This document shows, in pieces, positions 25,386 through 38,473 of a stretch of 64,000 nucleotides of DNA. Origin of the DNA: Felis catus (Eukaryota); contig NC_058368.1 in assembly GCF_018350175.1 (NCBI RefSeq), positions 21,206,001-21,270,000 of the forward strand. The letters run 5' to 3'. Every line of letters starts with the position of its first letter. Within the stretch, counting starts at the first letter, position 1. The notes beneath the pieces were generated by a model that was given only the letters and a program-made list of their open reading frames with translations, did no database searches and was not told where the DNA came from. The position numbers and the translations under genes are program-made.

Positions 25386-25734
25386 ATACCTACCTTTTAA
25401 AAGTTTATCAAAAAAGATGATAGAGATGTAAGGGTCTGTGGATGTAATAGGTCATCTAGAAAGAGAAACTCTACAATGTGTAGTAAAGGAAATATATATA
25501 TATTGGAAAGCAAAGAGCAGCTAATAGTAAGATAGTAAGATTAGAGAGTAGTATATGGAACTTCTAGATAGAGGAATTACTTTATTTACAACCATAAAGG
25601 ATTTTGTTAGCATATACATGCCAAAAAAAGGACAAAAATATTCCAATGCTGTTGAGCTAGGTTATAAAATAACATTTTATGTTGAAATAACATTTTTATG
25701 ATTAACAACATATTTCAGTGAAGCAAGATGAGGC

Positions 25735-26025
25735 CAGGTCCATAATTCCTTATTAGCAATTCCAAAATCTAAAATGTTCTGAAAACCAAGAGCCTTTTCC
25801 TAAGTTTGGCATCATAAACTCATTTGGTTAACCAACATCAGGTTATCCCATGTATTTGAATATTCAGATGTTCCACATTAGAAATACTATGCTTGATTAG
25901 AGGATGCTGCCTCTGACCCTTCCTGGGATACTTTGTAATACAGCCACCATATTATTGCTCTAATATTTGCAAAACATTTAATTCTAAAATCTACCTTGCT
26001 CCAAAAGTTTCAGGTAAGAACTTGC
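25735..26025. mobile_element. Tigger-like (TcMar) DNA transposon fossil
   Basis: Degenerate inverted ends 'caggtccataattccttatt...' and '...ggtaagaacttgcagacc'. Confidence 0.45.
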
Positions 26026-28100
26026 AGACCCATATTATTATCTCCATTTTAAAACTGGAAAGTGTCTCAGTCTCAAACTAATTTTTATGTTGTTTTGTGC
26101 CTAAAACTAACTTTTAGGTAAGGATACTCAAACATTACTAAAGAATTCTGCTAAGCAGAGAATCCATATGACAGTCATTTTTAAAACTCCTTTTGTACCT
26201 GGAAGGGAACCCAGTAAATGTCTATAAAACTAGGTGAAATTAGTTCAAAGAGGAATTAAATCATGTATAGAGTTCCTAAGGTTACTTCTTAATGACTGTA
26301 ACATGACTGCTAAAGAAAATGTTTTTATCAAACTGTGTCGTTAAAACCATTGAGTTGTGATGTAAGAAGAAGATTCCAGCCAAGTCCTCTGAGCGCTGTT
26401 CATAAAGACATCCCAGACCATTTGCCTATATTTTCATCTCTGCCTTGATGTGTGCCCTGGGACTGGCCAAGGACCCCAGACCTCTCCTCTTTTGGATAAC
26501 TGCCTAGAGCCTAGGCTTGAGAGAAAAAGAGAAAAGTTACATCCTGAAAACAGCAACATAAAAAGATCAAATAGACCCACAAAATTTCTCTGTTTGAGGA
26601 AGATTATTCAAAAAGAGTTATGAGACCTCTGGGTGGGGCTTAGGTGGTTTCAAGGTTTGTGTAGCTCTGAATCATTTTGGATTGTCACATGGAAGTGGGG
26701 AAGGGGCAGGCTCCCAGTAGTTTGCTGAAAGTCATCTGCTTCAGATCAAATTATTGGCTTGAAGCTTAGAAGTGAGGAACTAATCCCAAAAAGTACCAAA
26801 ATTGAAAGAAGAGGTACATGTGTATTGGGGGTGGGGGAGGCAGGGCTGGAGGGAGGGAAGAAGGGAAGGGCCAAGGAAAAGATGGAGAAAGCATTACATC
26901 CTGAACCAGACTTTCCAGAGTTTCTCTGGTTCTTTTTAAGCTAAAGATGAGGCCTGCCAGGAACATTTCTTGCTCCTCTACCTCCCAGTAACTGACCTGC
27001 CCTGAGACAGCCAACAGCAATGTTTTCTCTGTCTGGAATATTGTCCCTCTTCCTCACTGCTTAACTCCACACACTCTTCACATCTCAGCCTAACAGGCTC
27101 CTGTAGGTAGGTAGCTGTCTTTGACGTACCCTCCCCCTGCATTATATTCGGTCTTCTCCTATATACACTGACAACTCCTTGCACCCCCCACCAGAGCACT
27201 TACTTTATTTTGTTATAATTGCCTTTTTCTCCACCATCCCTGTTAGATATTACCTCCTGGAGGGTAGGGTCTGTATTCCCATAGTATGTGCTTCATAAAT
27301 ACCTGTTAAATATATGAATGAACCAATGAATAAATTGGTTTCTACTTCTGCTAGGGGGCACGGTGCATCTAAGAAACCCCCAAACAGGCAAAAGTGAACC
27401 CAGTTGGAGTCTTCCAGGAACTGGTGAGGCAAACAGGACTGTATGGATGATAGGCCTTAAATGATACTCAGGGCTTAAAGAAGCAGAGTGCTTCTCTCTC
27501 TATGAATGAGGAAAAAACACAGAGAGGCAGCAGGAATATGTCTGATGTGTTTCCGAGCAATGAAGAACATAGTTTGCCTTTGACAGAGGGTGTGTGTGAA
27601 GGAGTATAAGAGGAAAATGCTGGTGGGAAAGTAAAGACCAGTCACAGAGCATGGTAGTTACCGCACTAAAGTGTTTGAAATTTATCCTGTGCTCAGTATA
27701 GGGCCAAGAAGGATCTGGGGCCTGGGAATAAAATGTGCAGATGAATAGTGGGAGAACGGATGGGAGACATGAGGGCCAGTTAGGAGATGGTTTAATAATA
27801 AGCCAATGAGGCCATGAAAGTCTAAACAGAAAAGGTGAGGACAAAAAAGAAAAGAGAAAAAATATTAAGTGTCCAGACTAAATGATTAATTGGTTATGTC
27901 TAAGAAAAATAGCAAGGTCTAATAAAGAAGGTAGTTTAAAGAAAGATTATAATGAATGGCAATGATTACACCTATCATTTGCCGAGTATATACCACATGC
28001 CAAGGGCCCTATATTTTATTTAATTTTCATAACTCTCTTTTCTTACTCTCTTGAGTATATATTATTTCTGTGTTTTACATATGAAAATAATTTTAAAGCA

Positions 28101-28305
28101 TTTTTTTAATGTTTATGTATTTTGGGCAGAGAGACAAGAGCATGAGCAGGGGAGGGGCAGAGAGAGAGGAAGACACAGAATCTGAAACAGGTGCCAGGCT
28201 GAGCTGTCAGCACAGAGCCTGACACGGGGCTCGAACTCACAGACCGTGAGATCATGACCTGAGCCGAAGCCGGATGCCCAAACGACTGAGCCACCCAGGC
28301 ATCCC
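28101..28305 (-). mobile_element. Can-SINE (felid type)
   Basis: Reverse head 'gactgagccacccaggcatccct'. Confidence 0.95.
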
Positions 28306-28495
28306 TAAAAGGCTGTTGTAATCACATAGGCTAATGATTCTCAAACCACAGAATCTTCTGCTACCACCTCATGGAAGCAAGGTGGGGGGGGGCTCTAAGA
28401 TCTTTTCTCCCACCTTCAAATAGAGCAGCTACCCTTCCTTCCTCTGTCTTATATAATAATGCTTTATGTAAGGTTCATCTTTTAAAAGCATTCTC

Positions 28496-28710
28496 AGGGC
28501 ACCTGGGTGGCTCAATCTGTTGAGCGTCCGACTCTTGATTTCAGCTCGGGTCATGATCCCAGGGTCATGGGATTGAGCCCCACATTGGGCTCTGCACTGA
28601 ATGTGGAGCTTGCTAAAGATTCCCTCTCTCCCCCTCTGCCTCTGTCCACCATTTGCACTCTCTCTCTCACTCTAAAAAAAAATAATAAAATAATAAATAA
28701 TAAAATAAAA
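28496..28710 (+). mobile_element. Can-SINE
   Basis: Full body; TSD 'taaaagcattctc' on both sides. Confidence 0.95.
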
Positions 28711-30763
28711 GCATTCTCTTAAAAAAAGTTTGAGAACTACAGACCTAGGCAGTTGTGGTTAAGAACATATAAATGGGTATAGTGGGATGGAACATCTCAC
28801 TCACAACAACAGAATTTGGTATTCTTGGAAAAAGAGGAAAGGAGTTGAAAATGGTCTTGGGCTTAGACTCTCCAAATTGGGTAGGGGGGATCTTTACTGA
28901 CAGCAGAGCAGGATACAGGAGGAGGAAAACATTTAGAGAAGAAAATTGCTTTGGTTTGAACTTGAATTGTGTTGAGTTTATCATACTTGTAGACTAACTC
29001 CATGAAGATAAGTAGTTGGAAATACAGGTCTGGAGCAGCTTATGGACAATGGTGAAGTCATAGTATTGGATAAGATCACCAAGGAAAAGAAGGCAGGAAA
29101 AAAAGAGAAAGAAGATCAATGACAGAACCCTAAGGAAAACTAACATTTCATTCATTCACCCAATATTTTTTTATTATCTACAATGACACTATTAATAGAA
29201 AGAAGGAAAAGCAAATGAAGGAAGAAAGAAGAGTAATAAAGTTTGAAAGTAAGTTCAATCACAAAGAAGAGAAGAACGTATTTCAAGGATGGGGTAGTTA
29301 GCAGTGTCAAATATGGCAGAGTTCAAATAGGACAAGATCAGGGAAAGGGAAGTATAAAATGTGACAATTTGAAGGTTACAGGTGACCTCTGAGACAGAAA
29401 CTGCAGCTTCTCCAATCAACGATTATTTTCTGAGCATTGCCGAAGTATCAGACACTGGGCGAGTCTCTGACATTAAATGGTAAGTGCAAAACAGGAGTCT
29501 GCCTTTATGGAGTTTGTAGCTTGGTGAGGGAGACAGATACTAATCAAATAATCATACAAACGAAATATAAAATGTCAATTATGATAAGGAATAAGAAAAA
29601 GACACACGGCAGGCCATGAAAATTGAAGGTAGAAGAATTAGACCTTGTCAGGGAAGGTTTCCCTACGGAAATGATGCTTGAACTAAAACGGCCAAGATGA
29701 GTGGAGCTTAAGCCCAGAAGGACTTATGGTAGAAGAAAGCCCAGGATGTGTCTGAGGCATTGAAAAAACCAGCATGTGTAGAGCAGAGAGAGGAGGCAAG
29801 AGTGAAACGCAAGAATGGAGAGGCAGGCAGAAGACAGACTAGGTAGGGCTTTGTAGGTCACATTGAAGAATTCTTGGGATATCTCCAGAGTGGTGCCCTT
29901 CAAGTGCTAAGTGTTTGGCGATGGGGAGGCAGACAGGGAGATATCAGATTTGCATTCTGGAAAGAAGGACCCAGTGGAGTGATTTAAGGTCTGAGGAAAG
30001 CAGGATATCTGGACAAACTTCCTAGTTCTAGTGACACCAGATGACCAGCTGGAATAAGGGCAGGGAGCAAGAATAAATTCAAAAGGATGCCTCTTCCTGA
30101 GGGATTGGAAGGACAGAGGTAAACATGTGAGGATATGGATGTATTTAGAAGTAAGGAGGATGTTTAGTTGAAAAGGTGAAACTTTTATTCATCTGCTAAG
30201 GATGAAGAAAACATGGATAGAAGGTGGGGGCACAGTACCTCCTCCAGAAAAGGCTGTAGTCAATATTTATTGGATGTTAATGAATGCAGAAGTTTGGAAT
30301 AGCTGCCATGACAAGCCCAAAAGGGATCCAGCTCAAGACAACTCTAAGAATTGCTTAGCAACAAGGTTCCACTTTGCAAATTTTACTTACTGTATACCAT
30401 CAATGCCTATAAGGAAAAACGTACAGGCTCCAAAATCTCATAAACTTGGAAACACTGTGGACACCTGCACTACGAAAATCTGAATCATGGCATCATGTTT
30501 CTTCTAAAATGCTCAAAATTAGTGGGGTGGGGGGGATGTCTCTAATGGGCTTGATTACCACTCCACAAGGGTAACACGGGTCACCCTGGTATTAGTCATA
30601 GGTGGTTTGAATACTTTGGAAGTGATTTTTGCTGCTCGCATTTTCTAAAGAAGTATAAATTATGACTAAATTTCTCCTGTTTATATGCATTGCCGTTTCT
30701 TCCCACAGCTTTCATCAACAAATAGCAATCAGAGAAATATGGCTAAGAAGTAATAGCTGTCTT

Positions 30764-30989
30764 GGGGCGCCTGGGTGGCGCAGTCGGTTAAGCGTCCGAC
30801 TTCAGCCAGGTCACGATCTCGCGGTCCGTGAGTTCGAGCCCCGCGTCGGGCTCTGGGCTGATGGCTCAGAGCCTGGAGCCTGTTTCCGATTCTGTGTCTC
30901 CCTCTCTCTCTGCCCCTCCCCCGTTCATGCTCTGTCTCTCTCCGTCCCAAAAAATAAATAAACGTTGAAAAAAAAAATTAAAAAAAAAA
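30764..30989 (+). mobile_element. Young felid SINE (SINEC_Fc-type)
   Basis: CpG-intact; perfect 19-bp TSD aagaagtaatagctgtctt at 30745-30763 and 30990-31008. Confidence 0.98.
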
Positions 30990-31707
30990 AAGAAGTAATA
31001 GCTGTCTTATTTCTAACGCTATGCCAAGCTAGGCTGCCAACTGCTGTCTAATCTCTTCTCTCCCCCAAGTCACAGAGGGTAAAAGGTAAGACACCGTGGC
31101 TGCTGCCTTGGAGACCCAATGCAGTAATCACAGACACAATGCAATTCCGGTCACTGCGATGAGCACAGTGCAATGTGCTCCATTCTTTTGGAGCAATTTA
31201 GAGACAGAAAGGCATTGTACCAGTGGTCTCCTAAGCAGGACACATCATTCCATTGAGATACTGGGTAGAAAATATTGATCCATTGAGGTATGGGAAGAAA
31301 ATACCAGAATTTGATTTTCAGTTTATTTTCATTTTTTAAAAGACAAAGAATTAAGCTTTCCCGGTGTTGGATTTATTAGATGAATCAGCACTAACATCTT
31401 ATTCAGTTTGAACATCAGCTTCCATATGCCATCCCAAGGGAAGAGTGGGGATTCCACAACACAGAGGGGTTGGCTGGCATTGTGTCTAGTTAAGCAGATT
31501 TGTAAGCAACCTCAGATGGTGCAATTTTGGTAAGATATCAGTTCTCTCCTAACTGACCTCCAGATTCACTGCAATTCCAATCAAAATCCATTTTTTTTAA
31601 TAGCTGAAAGCAAACTTTTCTGCAAAAACTGAGAATCTAATTCTGAAATTCATATGGAAAATGCAAAAGATTTAGAATAACTAAAGCAACTTTGGAAAAG
31701 AAGAACA

Positions 31708-31910
31708 GGGGCGGCTGGGTGGTTCAGTCCATTGAGTGTCCAGCTCTTAATTTCCACTCAGGTCATGATCTCAGGGTCATGAGATCAAGCCCCTCATTGG
31801 ACTCCATGCTGGGCATGGAACCTGCTAAGATTCTCTTTCTCCCTTTCCTTCTGCCCTCCCCCATTTGTACTCTCGCTCTCTCTCAAATAAACAAAGTTAC
31901 CAACCAAATA
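31708..31910 (+). mobile_element. Older Can-SINE next to an L1 ORF2 scrap (about 31560-31707)
   Basis: Diverged head and body; the preceding 'ttcactgcaattccaatcaaaatcc...tctgaaattcatatggaaaatgcaaa' is L1. Confidence 0.9.
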
Positions 31911-32158
31911 AACACATGGACCAATGATGGAAATGTGTCATGAACCAAGGATTCCAATTTATCCAGTTCTGAGCACCTGATATCCATTTGATAAAGACTA
32001 CATAAGCCTCATTATTCCTTAAACTTTTACGTTCAACCAAGAAATATTGTTTTTGTAACTGTAGCAAATTTTAACAACAACTTTTAAGAACTTTTGGATA
32101 ATATTGATTCCAACGTTCAAATATTTAAGACTAAACTTACATTTTTAAAGGTTTTACT

Positions 32159-32352
32159 TTTTTTTTTAAGTTTATTTATTTATTTCGAGAGAGAGAGTGC
32201 AAGCGGAATAGGGGGAGAAAGAGAGTAGGGAGAGATCCCAGGCAGGCTCTGCACTGTCAGCACAGAGCCCAATGTGGGGCTCAAACTCATGAACCATGAC
32301 CTGAGCCAAGATCAAGAGTCAGACGCTTAACCGACTGAGCTAACAGGTACCT
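32159..32352 (-). mobile_element. Can-SINE
   Basis: Reverse-oriented body and T-rich tail. Confidence 0.93.
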
Positions 32353-32760
32353 CAGGACTAAGTTTATAAATTTAATATATTCAACTTACCTTTTTAAAGT
32401 ACTTCAGTTGTATTTAACCAACACATTTGCCTGTGAACTTTAAGTAATTCTATGTATCTGACAAATTTATAAATGTGGTAAAAGTTAATTTCTCTTAAGT
32501 GTTCCAATAGTATATATAAACAAATAGAATTTCAAGTAAAAAAATCACAGCTCGAATTCAAAAATGTAAGATCACTTTTTTTTACATACTAACTTCAATT
32601 GCTCCAGCACCATTTGTTGAAAAGCTAAGGACTATCCTTTATCCTCTGACTTGCCTTTCCTCCTTTGTCAAAGACCAGTTGACTATATTTATGTGGGTCT
32701 ATCTCTAAGTTCTCTTTTCTGCTCCATACCTATCTTTCTGTACAAAAGGATGCATCCTCA

Positions 32761-32985
32761 GGGGCACCTGGGTGGCTCAGTCGGTTGAGCGTCTGACTTC
32801 GGCTCAGGTCATGATCTCACAGTTCGTGAGTTCGAGCCCCACATCGGGCTCTGTGCTGACAGCTCAGAACCTGGAGCCTGCTTCGGATTCTGTGTCTCCC
32901 TCTTCTCCGCCCCTTCCCCACTCATGCTCTGTCTCTCTCTGTCTCTCAAAAAAATGAATAAACATTAAAAAAAGATTTTTTTGAA
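32761..32985 (+). mobile_element. Can-SINE (felid type)
   Basis: TSD aaaaggatgcat[c/t]ctca on both sides. Confidence 0.96.
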
Positions 32986-33820
32986 TTAAAAGGATGCATT
33001 CTCAGAAGTACTTGGTGGAGGTTTGATTGTCAACCAAGTGCCGTCCCTGGAGATAAACTATAACCAAGGATTATGGTAACTGAAAAGGCAAGCTAACTCC
33101 ATCTTGTACATTTATGCGCCTCAAAGGCTGAAAATGAAGAAGGAAGGGGAAGAGTAGGGGTTGTAAAGAGATCAGCCCTGTTTCTTAATTGTGTGCTTTA
33201 AAATGTCTGCAGGAATACTCTGCTTGTTAGCACCTGAAGCTAAAGGTGCATCCCTTCAGCAAGATCAGAGACTTATTTGGGGCTTTTAAAACAGAATCTC
33301 AGACACTTCAGCAGCTTAACAGAACATCAACCAGTGCCTCCAAGTGTATCTAACAATCACAGCAGCCAGCTTGAGTGATGCGGCAAGTGCCAACAAGCAC
33401 AAAGCTTAGCCACAGACTCATTCTCCATCTAGCCAAAACTGGCGTCTTCCCTTGTCAGACCTTGTATGGCAGCATATTTAGTTAACTACTTCAACCTTTT
33501 GGATGAAAAGTACCACGCGGGGACAGGCTACTTTATCTTGATCCGGAGTACTTCTTTACAAACCAAGTGACCCCATTTACTAGCAGTAACTAAAATGCAC
33601 AAGGATGAGAAATCGTATTTGCCAAGTACATATTATGTGCCAGGTACTGCACGAATTATTTCAGTTAAGACTCCTAACAATCCTGTGAGGTAGATACTAT
33701 TATCGCCGTTTAACTGGGGATTGAAAATTGCAGCTTAAAAGTTTTAATACTTTAACCAAGACCGTGAAGCAGGAAATGGCGGTGCCAAGACTTGAACTTC
33801 CTAAGCTCTTGCTCTAAATT

Positions 33821-34143
33821 CAACACCGTCCGACAGAAATACAACGTAAGTCACCAAAGTGAGCCACACTTGTAATTTTAAGTTTTCTTATAGCCACATT
33901 AAAAAAGCATGAAGATGAAACAGATGAAATTAATTTTAATAACATATTCTATTTATCCCAATATACCCAAGATGTAATTTTGGCATGTAAGTCAATATAA
34001 AAATTTATTAGCGAGATAGTTTGCATTCCTTTTCTCCTAAGTCTCCAAAATCCAGCGTGCTCTTTCAGCACATCTCAATTTGGACTCGCCACATGTCAAG
34101 TGCACAAGAGCCCTACCCTCTGGGTCACCCTAGCGGACTGTTG
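33821..34143. mobile_element. MER33-like hAT-Charlie DNA transposon
   Basis: 'gtaattttaagttttctatagccacattaaaaaag...gaaattaattttaataa' and 'cacatctcaatttggactcgccacatgtcaagtgc'. Confidence 0.8.
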
Positions 34144-37065
34144 TACATCTCTGGATTCAAACCAGCTGTACTACACCTGTGACCAAAGTGAAAAGAAAAA
34201 TGTTACAGATTAAAAGTCAAGTTGCTAGAAAACCACCTATTTTCTGGTCAAAAGACAAATGAAAGGAAGTAATTCATCAGCCGCATTCCTCTGCACAACA
34301 GTCATAAACGCACCCACTGCGCTGGGCTGTTTACCTCAGTGGGACTGGAAACAAATGATGTAAAACTCATAAATCCACACATTCAGAAAGTGTAGACTGC
34401 CGGGGAGGGTAGTAAACCCAAATGGGTCCGATCTGAATTCTGCTAAGCAGTACTTTGAAAAATGATTTTAGTGGAATCGCCCGCAAATTATACATCTTAT
34501 CCGTCCCCCCACCGTCTACTCTAACAAAACTCCCTCAAGGGGCTTAGTGTGGGTTAAGTAATTTCCTTTATTTATTTTCCATTTCCTTCTTGTCCTACGT
34601 GCATTTTTATTCATCCTGCTTCCCCCCTGCCTTTCCTCTTTTCTAGGTGGTTTCCCAGGTTCTCAAACCTGCACGAGTTTTGTTTTGAGTTTTAACATTA
34701 ACCTCACTGCTTTGCTGCTGCTTTTCACTGGTTGCCTGCCAAGCGTATAGTGTTCCCTCCCGCCTGAGGGAAGAAGGAAAACCTTCCAGCCCCATCATCA
34801 GGATTGCTTCAGCCCCTGCCTGGTAGGAGCAAGGGCAGAGGGATGATGGAGACCTGTGCAGCACAACTCTTTGTGGGGCGGGGAGGAGGAGGGAGCGGGG
34901 CAAGGTGTGGTGTCTCCAGCTGCCAGAGAGCATTTCCAGTGAAATGAAAGAAATTTTAATGTTGTAAAACTCATTTAACTCCAGTTGTTCTGGATTATGT
35001 TTCCAAAATGAAAATAGCTTAATTTTTTTAGAATTCAGAGTAATACCAAAAAAAAAAAAAAAAAAAAAAAGTGAAAAGAAGAAAGGAAAAAGCACCTGAA
35101 ATTGCACTAGCAGAGAGAACCACTGTTAGCATTTTCACTTTTAAAGATCCTCAGTGTGTTTTTCACCCACAGGTCAGTGAGCCACCCCCAGTCGGGGCCG
35201 AGGGTGAAAGGCAAGGGAGAAAAAAATAGTTACAACTGAGTTCTGAGATAATGTAACTAATCTGTAAGTCTGAAATGAGCACAAACGATAAATTACAAAT
35301 GAGATATCCCTCACTCAAGCTTCTAGCAATCTTTGTTTGAATATGTCCTTTTTAATGTAATCGTGGGATAACAGTAAGAGTAAAAATGCCCATCATTTAC
35401 TCAATACTATGTGCCAACCATTAAATTGGATGCTTGCCATATGTTTTCCTATTTGAATTCTTGTCACAATTCCATGAATTATGGAGTGCTTTTTCCATTA
35501 CCCACTGGGGAAATGGAGACTCAGAGGTTACGTCCAGCTACTAAGTGACAGAATTTGGATCTGAACATAGATAGGCCTGTCTGATTCCAAAGGCTGTGTT
35601 CCTTTTGCTATACCATACTGCCATAGCTGAAGTCATCATAAAACTGTGCCATCCAGCATTGGCGAGCTTACAGTTTGTAAGAAAATAGTAAGATACTCAA
35701 CTTACCACTACCAACTTTAGAACCTAAAAAGCTAGACCTAAGAACTTAGAGTCAAATATGAATATACTTCTGGCAAGAATTTCCAGCATACAACCTCTCC
35801 AGCCTCAAGGAAGGGTTTCCTCACTGCAAGAATGCCATACTCCAATAACTTTGGAAAGGAAGTAGATGCCCACCAGGCAACTGCCTTCTCTTTCAGGGCC
35901 CTGAGTTCTGGTGACAAGGCAACCACACCCCATGTTCTACAGAATCCGGAGAAGCCCCTAAAACACCAGCTAGTGGAGAAACTTTTGGTTTTGATCAATA
36001 GTGATCTTTCACCATGAAGGACCATGTGCCTGGGGCTGTTTTCCCAGGCATAAAATCGAGGTTGGAGTGAATTAAGAAATGCACATTTGCTGCCCATAAT
36101 CTCTGTATCCTTATGCCCTAACACCTACTTGAATTTACAAGTACTTAAGAGCTTTAGAGCAAAATTGGCTTACAATACAAAGAAGAGATACAAAGAACTC
36201 TTGGCAGTGATGAAGACTGATGAAGGCAAGGTACTAGCCAGCTCACTGGAAACCCAGTGACAAGACAGGTAGCCAAGACTGTGCAGTGTGCTCTTCTGTA
36301 GAACACTGCTTCCCAACGTTGCCATGTCATGGCACTCAGAGAAAATGGTAACACCTCCATGGCACAGTGGGGTAAACTGGAGGGGAGCTGGGGGAAACCA
36401 TTATGGTCTCCTCATATTATAGATCTATGATTGAAAAATAAAGTAAAAGTACTGGGGAAAATATTAAGTGTTGAACATTTTAAACTTCCAAATAAGATCT
36501 TTCACATTTTTAATAAGAACTCTAAGCTTACTCCTTTGAACAAAACTTTGTCTTGTAAGATTTTATGTAAAAATTAGCTACATGTACTTTCTGACACAGC
36601 CTTTTTAAATCACGATCTCTTTATAATTCTTGGTCACCACCAATGAGAAACTTGCAAGTGATTTAAAAATTTTAAAAATTTTATATAATCGTTTCAAAAA
36701 GTCACAGCCACTAAAGCTATATTGAGCAAATCTAACCTCTTCCCCTTATTTTAAATTGGGATGTCTGCTGATAATATAAATGTGTTTTAAAACCAACAAA
36801 ATTTGTTCATAACAAGAATTTCAAAATAATGATGACATTTTAATTTGCAGAATTCACACGAGTTGTTGGTGTAGTTCTTCTGAAGATAACACGGATGCCA
36901 CTATAATGGTCTATTAATTGCATGTGAACAGATCTATCAGTATGTGAAGGCAGAGGTTTGGAGTGGCCACCTGGAGCTGTGTCTTCCACCAAGGACACTA
37001 TTCCAAATGAATATTTTACGCCTTGAATCCATTCACGGCACACTCTGCTCTAGATAAAAATCGCA

Positions 37066-37290
37066 GGGCCGCCTGGGTGGCTCAGTCGGTTGAGCATCTG
37101 ACTCTTGATTTCGGCTCAGGTCATGATTCCATGGTTCCTGAGATCAAGCCCCACATCAGGCCCTGTGCTGACAGTGCAGAGCTGGGTTGGGATTCTTTCT
37201 CCCCCTCTCTCTGCCCCTCCCCTGCTCGCTCCTCCCTCTCTCAAAATAAATAAATAAAATTTTTTTTTTAAACTTTAAAAATAAATAAAT
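37066..37290 (+). mobile_element. Can-SINE
   Basis: Full body; flanks 'ataaaaatcgca' and 'ataaagatcgca'. Confidence 0.95.
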
Positions 37291-38433
37291 AAAGATCGCA
37301 AACCTGCAGAGACCTCTTTCCAAAGTCCAGTCTCTGGTTTTCGTTCACTATACACATTCTAGTTCCTGCAATCAAAACAACCTTTCTCCAGTTACCTATA
37401 TAGTATCATCCCTTAACCTTCCACTACCTGGATGCCTCTGTTTCACTGAGTTCTCTGTACAGAGTGCATATTTAGATTCTGCTTCATACCACACAAGAAT
37501 CACCAACGGATTTCAAAATAAAACTCCCTAGTGGATGTCAAATCTCTAATTTAAAATATTCTGAATTAAATGCAACTTTTTCAGAAACTTTATACTTTAT
37601 TTTTAAATAAACCTTTACAGTCCTATGGGGAAGTTGCTGTACGTCACCTTCAGATCCTTAGGCTGATCCTTTGAAGAGTCAGTGAATGTTATTTTTCCCA
37701 TTTTACATGTCAAGCCTATATAGAGAGACTAGAGTAACTGGCATTTTTCCACTGGCAAACAGTGAGCACAAATCCCCTTACTCATAAGCCAGTGCTGTTC
37801 TCTTACCTACTTGAAGTTAGGTACTCATCTCCTAATAGGCTCCCAACAAAAAACAGGAAGTGGCAGTATAGACTGGCTGTTACCTTTATGTCTCCAGGGT
37901 CTGAAGTCCTCCACTCACTAATTGTGGCCCCAAGTGGACAGACATCAAGGGTGCCCAGGACCATCCAGGAGAGATCCTGTTTTAAAAGAGATCTGGATCC
38001 AGGGCAGGATGGAACAAATTGCTCCCTTCCCTTTCCTCAGCCCCCTTTCTGCCCCTACTTCCCCAGACTTCAGCCTTACCAACACCCTGCATTTTCCTTG
38101 TTCAATGAGTGTGAAACCAATTAAAATATGCTTGATTGAAGGCAACTGCACAGAGAAAAGGAAACCACAAAGGACAAGGAGGGTCCACACAGGAGAGAAG
38201 TCACACAGTCCTTCTTGGCCTTGAGAAGGTAAAAACAGAGTAGCTTCTATGCATATCAGCCAGAGCCTTTAAGCACTTGCTGGCAGGGTCATTTCCTTCA
38301 CCCTAACTTCCTCCAGCATGAGTTACTGATGGATCCCCATCATGGACAGAGCTGGACCCTAGGGATGACTATGCTGCCAATTTTCCCTGTTGTGGCCAAA
38401 ATGGGCCTGCTTGCTCAGGAGGTGTTAAATTCC

Positions 38434-38473
38434 GGGGCGGGGGGGGGGGGGGGGGGGGGGGGGTTGGGCAGGG
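38434..38473. repeat. Poly(G) tract (G25 at 38439-38463)
   Basis: Directly visible. Confidence 0.9.

Larger units (their letters stand above)
27500..29990 (-). mobile_element. Patchy L2 fragments with interspersed MIR and SINEs
   Basis: Purine-rich L2-like motifs 'gcagtgtcaaatatggcagag', 'agggctttgtaggtcacattgaagaatt' and 'tcagatttgcattctggaaag'. Confidence 0.55.

Noticed and set aside
30662..30961. 99 aa ORF with a hydrophobic, signal-peptide-like N-terminus
   Set aside because: Two thirds is a young SINE; the same peptide recurs at 56526-56756.
34643..36124. 154 aa and 128 aa minus-strand ORFs in unique DNA
   Set aside because: One crosses a homopolymer; neither has a recognisable domain or a convincing splice or start context.
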